NCBI GenBank assembly: GCA_964437195.1 | Contig: CAYTGC010000001.1 | Span: forward strand, 9,763-73,762 | Length of the DNA: 64,000 nt | Direction of reading: 5' to 3' | Source of the DNA: an uncultured Myxococcales bacterium | GTDB lineage: Bacteria; Myxococcota_A; Polyangia; Palsa-1104; JAEUJZ01 | Shown here: one piece after another, positions 41,138 through 49,046 of the stretch | Layout of the letters: each line of letters begins with the position of its first letter | Position numbering within the stretch: position 1 is the first letter of the stretch | Made by a program: the position numbers and the translations under genes | The notes under the pieces: generated by a model | The model's input: the letters and a program-made list of their open reading frames with translations, nothing else | Database searches by the model: none | Told to the model about the DNA's origin: nothing

Positions 41138-42121
41138 ATGGAGTGGATCTTCGCCCAAAACATTGCCGAGGCACTGTCCAGTGCAACTCCCGACTCGCGC
41201 TACGTTGCAGGCGGACTGTCGCTGACACTGCTCAAAGAAAGGGGCGTCGAGAACGCAGCACGGCTCATCGACCTTTCTGCCTTGCCCCTGCGCAAGATAG
41301 AAGGACGTCAGGGCGAGCTGCGCATCGGAGCGCAGGTCACAATTGCTGAGCTGGCCCGCGATCCGATGGTGCAGACGCTGGCACCCATCTTGCGCGAAGC
41401 TGCAGCCAGAGCCGCGACGCCTGCGATTCGCAACCAGTCCACCCTGGGCGGCGAGCTGTTGGCGCGTACTCGCTGTCCGCTGTTCCGCGACACATCGAAC
41501 CTGCGGTGTAGCAAACGCATCGCAAGCTCGGGCTGTGCCGTGATTGAGGGAGTGACGTATCCGGGGGCGATCCTCGGGGGCAGCGCTGCCTGCATTGCGC
41601 CAGCATCGTCAGAGCTTGCGGTTGCGCTCTGCGCCATGTCGGCGGATGTGACGCTGCTTTCCCCGGACGGACACAAAGAACGAAAGCTGCCGCTTATCGA
41701 CCTGTATCTGTCACCCGGTGATGCGCCCTCGCGTGAGTTTGCGCTTTCTCCCGGTGAGCTACTGACGAGTGTGACGGTCCAAGTGCAAGCGCAGCGTCGC
41801 TACGGCTATGCCAAAGTCGTACAAGCTCCGCTTGATCCGCTGGCATCAGCAGCGGTGATGCTGGAACAGCGCGGTGAAAAGATCATCAATGCCAAGGTCA
41901 TTCTGGGCGGACTGTCGACCCGACCGTGGCGTGCCCAAAAGTGCGAGTCCGTCCTGATCGGACAGACGCCAAACGTCGCGCTGTTTGCCAAAGCCGCCGC
42001 AGCTGCGCTCGATGGGTCGAGCCCGCGAGCAGCCAGCCGACAGCTTCTCGACATGGGCAAGCAAGTGGTTGAAACGGCGCTGCGCAACGTGGGGGAGCAT
42101 CATGGCCGAGACGGCAGCTGA
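41138..42121 (+). CDS. FAD-binding subunit with a [4Fe-4S]-type Cys motif (PaoB/YagS-like)
   Basis: VAGGLSL FAD motif. LLARTRCPLFRD...CSKRIASSGCAVIEG...AACIAP matches my memory of the PaoB Cys pattern. Confidence 0.7.
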   Translation: MEWIFAQNIAEALSSATPDSRYVAGGLSLTLLKERGVENAARLIDLSALPLRKIEGRQGELRIGAQVTIAELARDPMVQTLAPILREAAARAATPAIRNQSTLGGELLARTRCPLFRDTSNLRCSKRIASSGCAVIEGVTYPGAILGGSAACIAPASSELAVALCAMSADVTLLSPDGHKERKLPLIDLYLSPGDAPSREFALSPGELLTSVTVQVQAQRRYGYAKVVQAPLDPLASAAVMLEQRGEKIINAKVILGGLSTRPWRAQKCESVLIGQTPNVALFAKAAAAALDGSSPRAASRQLLDMGKQVVETALRNVGEHHGRDGS

Positions 42122-42530
42122 ACAGACCATCATCATCACGCGGGTTCTTCGGGACGCCGCGGACCGAATGATGGAGCAGGCGTACAAGGACCGCGACACA
42201 GGGAAACTACCTCTGGAGAGCTTTTTCGTCGTTGCGGAGCGCTACCAACAGATCCAAAACGAGTGCAACCGCGCCGTTCATGAAGCCGCGAGCAAGCTCG
42301 AGAAGTTTCCTGCCGAATTGCAGGTGATTGCCCGAGCCACCGAGCAGCTTGAGAGCACGCTCAAGACCATTTCTGCCGTGTCGGACACCGTGAACCTTTC
42401 GGCCAAGCTGCTTTGGGCGCTCGGATCGCTTGTCTTAACCATCGTCACACCGAGCCTCGAAGGAGCCGGTGTCACCGCATCGGCCATCGTCGATGTGGGC
42501 CGAACCATCGTCGACATCGCCACCCGCTAA
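42102..42530 (+). CDS. Hypothetical helical protein with a C-terminal hydrophobic segment
   Basis: The ATG at 42102 follows a GGGGGA RBS and overlaps the preceding gene by 20 nt. I recognise no family. Confidence 0.4.
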   Translation: MAETAAEQTIIITRVLRDAADRMMEQAYKDRDTGKLPLESFFVVAERYQQIQNECNRAVHEAASKLEKFPAELQVIARATEQLESTLKTISAVSDTVNLSAKLLWALGSLVLTIVTPSLEGAGVTASAIVDVGRTIVDIATR

Positions 42531-42535
42531 CCACC

Positions 42536-43363
42536 ATGACCAGCACCATCACCAGTCGCATCGACACCATCTCGACCGCTTTTGCCGATCGCAGCTTGCT
42601 CAAAGATCCAGCCGTACAGCAGGCGATCTTTTCGACCATCGAAGACCTCGACAAAGGCCGCATTCGCGTCGCTGATCCGACTGGCACAGGCTGGCGTGTA
42701 AATGCGTGGGTCAAACAAGCGGTTCTTTTGTATTTCGTGCTGCGTCCACTTGAGCCCATGGATGCCGGTGCGCTGTCGTTTTTTGACAAGGTACCGACGA
42801 AGCACAACCTGCAAGAAGCGGGAATCCGCGTCGTACCGCCCGGTGTTGCACGCTACGGATCGTTTCTGGAGCCGGGCTGCATCTTGATGCCGGGCTACGT
42901 AAACATCGGCGCATACGTTGCCAGCGGCACGATGATCGATACCTGGGCCACGGTTGGTTCGTGCGCCCAGATTGGCAAAGGGGTTCACCTCTCCGGTGGC
43001 GTCGGAATCGGCGGCGTGCTCGAACCTGCGACGGCTAGTCCGGTCATCATCGAAGACGGAGCCTTCATTGGTTCGCGCTGCGTGGTGGTCGAAGGCGTGG
43101 TGGTCGAAAAGGAAGCCGTGCTGGGAGCCGGGGTCGTCCTGACAGCAAGCACAAGCATCGTCGATGTCACAGGGTCCGAACCCGTGATCACCAAAGGCCG
43201 CGTACCTGCTCGATCGGTGGTGATTCCGGGTCAACTGCCCAAGCAGTTTCCCGCGGGCGTGTATCACGTTCCTTGCGCGCTCATCATTGGTCGGCGGAGT
43301 GCATCGACGGATCAAAAGACCTCACTTTCCGATGCGCTGCGGACGTTCCAGGTGCCGGTGTAA
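42536..43363 (+). CDS. dapD: 2,3,4,5-tetrahydropyridine-2,6-dicarboxylate N-succinyltransferase
   Basis: Strong identity to the E. coli DapD core as I recall it: YVNIGAYV..GTMIDTWATVGSCAQIGK.VHLSGGVGIGGVLEP. Confidence 0.93.
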   Translation: MTSTITSRIDTISTAFADRSLLKDPAVQQAIFSTIEDLDKGRIRVADPTGTGWRVNAWVKQAVLLYFVLRPLEPMDAGALSFFDKVPTKHNLQEAGIRVVPPGVARYGSFLEPGCILMPGYVNIGAYVASGTMIDTWATVGSCAQIGKGVHLSGGVGIGGVLEPATASPVIIEDGAFIGSRCVVVEGVVVEKEAVLGAGVVLTASTSIVDVTGSEPVITKGRVPARSVVIPGQLPKQFPAGVYHVPCALIIGRRSASTDQKTSLSDALRTFQVPV

Positions 43364-43366
43364 GCG

Positions 43367-44479
43367 ATGACGCAGGATTTCTGTTCCGATGACAAGCTTT
43401 TGCGCTGGCTGGCTGAGGAGACGCTCACCCTCTGTGCCATTCCGTCGGTCACTGGCAATGAAGAAGCCATCACGACGCACCTGTCCGATCGAATAAGAAG
43501 TCTGCAAAAAAACGTCGAGCAGAAACGGATTGGGAACGCACTCCTTGTTCGCTGTGGACGGCTTGGGAGTCGTCGAATTGGCTTGTTTGGGCACTCGGAT
43601 ACGGTTCCTCCCAACACTGCGCAGCCTCATCACATTGATTGGGAGGGAGGCCGGATTTATGGGTTGGGAAGCAGCGACATGAAGGCCGGTCTCGCGGTCA
43701 TGCTGCGACTGATTGCCGACGCTGAAACGCTTCCCTGTGAGCTGGTCTGTGTGTTTTATGATCGCGAAGAGGGGCCAGTCCATCTAAGTGGAATGGTGCC
43801 GCTTTGCGAAGCGGAAGGCGCATTCCTAAAGACGCTGTCTGCCGCGGTCTGTCTGGAACCGACCAGCAATCGCGTCGAGGCTGGCTGTTCTGGAAGTCTG
43901 CAAGCGCAGGTGTTCGCCAAAGGAAAACGTGCTCACTCGGCAAGACCCTGGCTTGGTGACAACGCGATTTATCACGCGACTCCGCTTTTGCAAAAGCTTG
44001 CAGGCTGGCAGCGTCGTGCGGTTGATAGACTGGGACTGACGTTTTATGAAGTGATGTCAGCGACGCAGATTCTGACCGAAAATGCACGCAACGTGATTCC
44101 TGACCGCGTGATGGTGAACGTCAACTACCGATTCTGCCCCGGCAAGAGCCTGGAAACGGCGGAGTCCGAGCTTCGCGAGTTCATCGGTTCCGACTTTGAG
44201 GTGAACTTGGTGGATGCCTCACCATCTGGATCGGTATGTACCGATGATCCGCTGCTGGCTGCATGGATCGCACAAAGTGGCGTCACCGTGACCGCCAAGC
44301 AAGCATGGACCGACGTGGCGCGACTGACCGGATTGGGCATTCCGGCAGTAAACTGTGGTCCTGGCGACCCCGAACAGGCGCACAAAGTGGGTGAGTGGTG
44401 TCCGCTTTCAGGACCGCTCGCCAACTACACGCTCCTGAAACAACTTCTTTCTGTCGAAGCCGCATCGAACGTACGCTGA
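43367..44479 (+). CDS. dapE: Succinyl-diaminopimelate desuccinylase (M20 peptidase)
   Basis: M20 metal-binding blocks are present (GHSDTVP, GSSDMKAG). 370 aa. Lies directly after dapD. Confidence 0.7.
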   Translation: MTQDFCSDDKLLRWLAEETLTLCAIPSVTGNEEAITTHLSDRIRSLQKNVEQKRIGNALLVRCGRLGSRRIGLFGHSDTVPPNTAQPHHIDWEGGRIYGLGSSDMKAGLAVMLRLIADAETLPCELVCVFYDREEGPVHLSGMVPLCEAEGAFLKTLSAAVCLEPTSNRVEAGCSGSLQAQVFAKGKRAHSARPWLGDNAIYHATPLLQKLAGWQRRAVDRLGLTFYEVMSATQILTENARNVIPDRVMVNVNYRFCPGKSLETAESELREFIGSDFEVNLVDASPSGSVCTDDPLLAAWIAQSGVTVTAKQAWTDVARLTGLGIPAVNCGPGDPEQAHKVGEWCPLSGPLANYTLLKQLLSVEAASNVR

Positions 44480-44490
44480 GAGCACATGCG

Positions 44491-45615
44491 ATGAACCGCC
44501 TGGTCGAAACGATTCCTCCTTCCGCAATCCGGCTCATCAACGACCGCAAGCGCGCGGACGCCATCGATCTGGGAATGGGTCAGCCTCAGCTTCACCCGGA
44601 CATGGGTCCGCTCGACGCTGCGCTCAAGTGGATTCGCGATCACGGCTGTCCGTATTCCCCGAACGCGGGCTTCACCGAGCTGCGCGCCGCGATTGCACAG
44701 CACTTCGCCTACCCAGGACTGCGATCGCCCGAGCAAGTCTGCATCACCATCGGATCACAGGAAGCGCTGTATCTTCCCATCAAGGCACTGCTTGATCCGT
44801 CGCTGCACGAAGCGCTGGTTGTAACGCCAACATTCCCGGCGTACCAGAAGCTGTGTCACATCGAAGGAATCCGCGTGGTTGAGGTCGCGCTCGATCCACA
44901 GACTGGCTTTGCCCCGAGTGCCGATGCAGTGCTGGCCCAGGTCACAGATCGGACCCGGCTTGTGGCCATTGCATCGCCGTGCAATCCCACCGGAAGGGTG
45001 TGGCCAGAGTCCGAGCTGCGCAAGCTGGCCGACGGACTCCTTGCGCTCCCGCAGCCTCCGTATCTCTTGTCCGATGAGGTCTACGCCGAGCTGTATTACA
45101 CCGAGCAGAGGCCGCCCTCGCCTGCGCAGTTTTATCCGCATACGATCATTGCATCGTCGCTGTCCAAGAGCTGTGCGCTGACCGGTCTGCGACTGGGCTG
45201 GCTACTGGCCCCAAAAGAAGCTGCGCAGGTGATGTGGAAAGCGCATCAGTTTGTGGTGTCCTGTGCCGATACGTTCGCCCAGCGCGCCGCGATCGAGATC
45301 TTCCGCAAGCCCGAGATCCTGTCCAAACACAGGCCGCACTACTTGTCACAGAGGCAAGCGCTGCTCGAGGCGCTGTCCGAAGCGGAACTTTCCGCGGTGA
45401 CGCCGGAAGGATCCTTCTATTGTCTTGTCCGCCTGCCCAAAGAATGGGAGACGCGCACGATGGATGCAGCGATCAAGGTGATGGAAGAACAAAACGTGGT
45501 CACGATTCCCAGCAGCGTGTTCGGCGCCGAGGGATTTCTACGCGTGACGTTTGTGACAAGACCCGAGCTTCTGCAAGAAGGAGTGCGCCGCATCAGGCGC
45601 GCGCTCGTCTCGTAG
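44491..45615 (+). CDS. Class I/II PLP-dependent aminotransferase (possibly the DapC role)
   Basis: PLP-lysine block SLSKSCALTGLRLGW and NPTGRV motif. The function is inferred from position after dapD and dapE. Confidence 0.7.
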   Translation: MNRLVETIPPSAIRLINDRKRADAIDLGMGQPQLHPDMGPLDAALKWIRDHGCPYSPNAGFTELRAAIAQHFAYPGLRSPEQVCITIGSQEALYLPIKALLDPSLHEALVVTPTFPAYQKLCHIEGIRVVEVALDPQTGFAPSADAVLAQVTDRTRLVAIASPCNPTGRVWPESELRKLADGLLALPQPPYLLSDEVYAELYYTEQRPPSPAQFYPHTIIASSLSKSCALTGLRLGWLLAPKEAAQVMWKAHQFVVSCADTFAQRAAIEIFRKPEILSKHRPHYLSQRQALLEALSEAELSAVTPEGSFYCLVRLPKEWETRTMDAAIKVMEEQNVVTIPSSVFGAEGFLRVTFVTRPELLQEGVRRIRRALVS

Positions 45616-45625
45616 CGTCGCAGGA

Positions 45626-46315
45626 CTAGTCGAGTCGGATGAGTCGATCGATGAGCTTCGACCGGCGCGTGATGCCACGATGACGCGCAATCGAAGACGG
45701 CGCCGCAACGACGATTCCCAAGTGGTAGTCATGCTGGCTGCGCGGACCTCGGCTGGGATTGACGTCATGCCAGCGCGAAAGAAGCTCTTGCAGCGGTAGG
45801 TAGGTGTACGCGTTGTCGGTTGATGGGTCCATGAAGTAGGCGAACTGGTGATCCATTCCAGTCAGCACAACGTAGTGCCCATCGTCCCAGTTGTTCAGCC
45901 AGGTGTCCCGGCGACCTTTGGGATCGCGCCACGCTTGCAGCTCCAAAATGACCGGCTTTCCGGCGCGCACCGCGCTTTGCAGCTGCGTGAGCGTCATCGG
46001 CTGCTCAACGGAAGCTTGCAGACCAAAGCGCCGGGCCCCAATCGCAATCGCTTCTGGAAGCGTCCCCTGATCCGTCGACGTCCCAAGCAACCGGTACAGA
46101 TGCGCTTCCGGTCCGTCCCAGACCTGAAAATATCGAAGCACAGCGACCAGGGCCGCTGGACCACAGCTATAGTCCGAGGTCTGACGGACCAGCGGGATTG
46201 GCAGTGCATCTTGGGGCAGCCGTGGAGCAGCCGCGCGTGCAGTCATTTCCGGCGCGCCTAACCCCAAAGCGACCAGTCCCATCGCGAGTCTGGCTGTTAG
46301 GTTGGATCGTCGCAT
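45626..46315 (-). CDS. Secreted papain-like cysteine peptidase, C39-like domain
   Basis: The Met at 46315 gives a signal peptide. The catalytic Cys context is SDYSCGPAALVAVL and the His context is DDGHYVVLTG. Confidence 0.6.
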   Translation of the reverse strand: MRRSNLTARLAMGLVALGLGAPEMTARAAAPRLPQDALPIPLVRQTSDYSCGPAALVAVLRYFQVWDGPEAHLYRLLGTSTDQGTLPEAIAIGARRFGLQASVEQPMTLTQLQSAVRAGKPVILELQAWRDPKGRRDTWLNNWDDGHYVVLTGMDHQFAYFMDPSTDNAYTYLPLQELLSRWHDVNPSRGPRSQHDYHLGIVVAAPSSIARHRGITRRSKLIDRLIRLD

Positions 46316-46455
46316 GATCGCCTCCGCATGAGCATCTGGACCAACGGCGAGCAGACTGGCCAAAGCATGGATCCTCGCTTACCCATTGGCAAGTGGTTCT
46401 CATCATAGCACTGGCCCCGTGGTCGTCGCCAGCGGGGCGGGGCCGAACCGATGCG

Positions 46456-47973
46456 TCAGGGAGCGTTTCGTTTGCGAAGTACCAGGACCGAGGCTTGGTT
46501 TTTTGCGGAGCTACCACTTGGCAAGAGCGCGAGCGTTTCCCATCCCATGGTCTTGAGGTGTTCGGACAAGAGCTTGGGATTGTACTTCCGCCAGCGATGC
46601 ATCGAAAAGACCTTCTGCCGTCGCCCAGTCAGCTTCACCGTAGCTATCGCCTCGAGCGCATAGCTGCCGGGCACTGGGCAGGACGTGTTTAGCTCTAAAT
46701 GCAGCTCAACATCGGTCACCTCCTTGCAGTGCCTATAGATGGGATCGCTAAGCCAGTTCTTGTGCGCAACCGAAATCGGCTTTTGCAGCGCAGGCTCTGT
46801 GCGTATAATTACGTCCGGTTCGCTGGGTGGCGCAACTGCAATCTGCGCATAGACCACAGCGATGTCACCTGGCGCCAGTCCCGACAAGCTGTGACGGAAA
46901 AACTGCCCTTCCTGTTCCAAATTGGCCATCGTGCCGCCAAAAATCGTTGCAACGCGCCGCCGATGTGAGCGAGTCGGCGTATAGTTCAGTTGGGTATATC
47001 TTGGTAAATGGTGAAAGTTGCCTTGCATTGCAAAATAAGCAACTCCGTACTGATCGGCCAGCGTCTCTGCTGCATGGATAAAACCGGTTAACAGAAGCGG
47101 CTGGCTGACATCGAGCAGGTAAAGTCGGAGATCAGGAAGTCGCGACTTGGTAATCAGGTGCTGAACCAGCCGCACTTCTTCACGAGCGTCCCCAGACCCG
47201 AGTGCAATCACATCGATGCCCGCCCGTCCGGTCGATTCCAAGATGACGTCGGCAATCTTCTGCATCGGCACCGGATCACGGAACGCCGCAACATAGTCGG
47301 GCTGGTTGGCCAGTCGCAGGTACGCGGCAGCGCTCTGGTGATCCAGGTAGACGTTGGTCTGCTCGATAACACCGCCGGCGGAATTCAGTTTTTCACCCAG
47401 CTCGATGACCATCTGCACCGGATTGAAGCCCGGCGCGATAAAGCAGTTCATCGGCTCGGTCTGCTCGAGCGACGGCTGATCAAACAGAATGTCGTCGAAC
47501 TGAAGCCCAAGCTCGGCGGCGGCGGCCAGCCGAAGCAGCGTCGTCCGGGTGATCGGCTTGCGCGGGGATTCCAGGTTCTTGATCGTTCCCTCAGACAGAC
47601 CGACGCGCTGCGCCAGTGCCAACACCGACAGGCCCAAGCTCATCCGCCGGTCACGGACCGTCTTGGCAATGTCTTGTCGCTGCTTCAGATCGAGGTTTAG
47701 CGACTTGCTGGGAGTCCGTCCATCGTCCGATTCTTCGTCGAGATCAGCCAGGTAATCGTAGGCGAGCTGCAAGTTGGCGAGGTGCGTGCGCAGACCCTGC
47801 CGCTGCGGTCCAAGCTGCTTGGCAATTCGGCTGGTTCGCTCCATCGCCAAGCGCAACAGCTCGCGGGCTTCACGCTGCCATCGCTCGACTTCCGAATCGC
47901 TCGGATCTGACTCGATCAGCGATGGGAACTCGGATTCAAAATCAGAACTGGTGAGCGCTTGTCCTGCATCCAT
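46456..47973 (-). CDS. Fusion protein: XRE-type HTH domain plus EgtD-like (Methyltransf_33-type) SAM methyltransferase fold
   Basis: The HTH reads RRMSLGLSVLALAQRVGLSEGTIKNLE. Methyltransferase-fold blocks are VIALGSGDAREE, LYLLDVS, MQGNFHHL, ATIFGGTMANL and LAPGD. These align with EgtD motifs as I recall them. Confidence 0.6.
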   Translation of the reverse strand: MDAGQALTSSDFESEFPSLIESDPSDSEVERWQREARELLRLAMERTSRIAKQLGPQRQGLRTHLANLQLAYDYLADLDEESDDGRTPSKSLNLDLKQRQDIAKTVRDRRMSLGLSVLALAQRVGLSEGTIKNLESPRKPITRTTLLRLAAAAELGLQFDDILFDQPSLEQTEPMNCFIAPGFNPVQMVIELGEKLNSAGGVIEQTNVYLDHQSAAAYLRLANQPDYVAAFRDPVPMQKIADVILESTGRAGIDVIALGSGDAREEVRLVQHLITKSRLPDLRLYLLDVSQPLLLTGFIHAAETLADQYGVAYFAMQGNFHHLPRYTQLNYTPTRSHRRRVATIFGGTMANLEQEGQFFRHSLSGLAPGDIAVVYAQIAVAPPSEPDVIIRTEPALQKPISVAHKNWLSDPIYRHCKEVTDVELHLELNTSCPVPGSYALEAIATVKLTGRRQKVFSMHRWRKYNPKLLSEHLKTMGWETLALLPSGSSAKNQASVLVLRKRNAP

Positions 47974-47991
47974 CGGAGGCCTTGGGTATGC

Positions 47992-48001
47992 GGTAATTAC
48001 C
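47992..48001. promoter_or_regulatory. Perfect 10-bp palindrome GGTAATTACC, 19-28 nt upstream of the HTH-fusion gene start
   Basis: Read directly from the sequence. It is a candidate autoregulatory operator. No second copy was seen in the window. Confidence 0.25.
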
Positions 48002-48101
48002 TGGTTACGGAGTCCACTGGGCCTCGGATGAGACCCTCTCCGAAACTGGCTTCATACAGACTCCCAAGAGCCACTGCAAGAGGTTTGGTTCGCGAGGGTG
48101 G

Positions 48102-48968
48102 CTAGCGGCACTTCCAGTCGGCAATCGCTTTTTTCACGTCGTCCGCGAAGAAGAAGCCATCAGGATTCTTGTCGCCCATCGTCTTGGCTTTCTGCGCGAG
48201 CGGACACGCTTCCTGCGTCTTTCCCTTTTGCGAAAGGAGCTGCGCCTTGGTCCAGGTGTTCAGCCAGTCTTCGCGCAGCGACAGCGAACGCTCGACGAGC
48301 TGCATCGCGTGCTCTGGATCTTTTTTGCTCTCGAGCAGATAGCGCGCGGCGTTGTTGTAGGGACGCCACGAGTTGTCCTCGAGCGCCTTGATTCCTGCAT
48401 CAACCTGGGCCTCTGTTGCCGCCTTCACCGCAAAAGAAACACGCAGCTTTTCCCACTCGAGATCCACTCGCGTCGAATTTTCCGTCGTGTCGGAAAACAG
48501 GAACGTAAGACGCTCGCGCTGCGGAATCGCTTCCGGCTTCACGGTGAAACGGACAAGATCCAGATCCTGCTTGTACTGTCCGGTGCCGCCCTGGTTCGGG
48601 TTCTTGTTCAAAATCACCGTCCAGGAGTCCTTTCCCGGAATCGTGAACAGTGCATAGGAACCGGCAGGAACCGGCTTGCCATCGATGCTGACGTCTTTGC
48701 TAAACGTCAGCTTGGTCGCCGCATTGGCTCCTGTCCGCCACAGCTTGTCGAGTGGAACCACCGTGCCGTAGACCTTGCGACCCTTCATGCCGGGGCTGCT
48801 GTACTCGATCGCGACTTCGGTAAGACCCACCATCTGACTTACTTTTGCGAGCGGACTCGGACGCGGCAGATCAAGCTGCTGCGCACTGGCGACGCGCGGC
48901 GTGATTCCTGCCGCTGCCGTCGTGAGAACAAACGCAAAGGTCGAACGAAACAGCACTGTGTTTTTCAT
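48102..48968 (-). CDS. DUF2911-like secreted protein with a C-terminal TPR-like region
   Basis: GGAGGA RBS and a signal peptide. YSSPGMKGRKVYGTVVPLDKLWRTGANAATKLTF...GKPVPAGSYALFTIP resembles the DUF2911 pattern from memory. Confidence 0.5.
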   Translation of the reverse strand: MKNTVLFRSTFAFVLTTAAAGITPRVASAQQLDLPRPSPLAKVSQMVGLTEVAIEYSSPGMKGRKVYGTVVPLDKLWRTGANAATKLTFSKDVSIDGKPVPAGSYALFTIPGKDSWTVILNKNPNQGGTGQYKQDLDLVRFTVKPEAIPQRERLTFLFSDTTENSTRVDLEWEKLRVSFAVKAATEAQVDAGIKALEDNSWRPYNNAARYLLESKKDPEHAMQLVERSLSLREDWLNTWTKAQLLSQKGKTQEACPLAQKAKTMGDKNPDGFFFADDVKKAIADWKCR

Positions 48969-49046
48969 CGAGCATTCCTCCTTGGGGAAAGACTGGGGTT
49001 CTGTGTAATGCTGTGGACGGGGACTCGTGTGAGTCCAACGCGGTGA

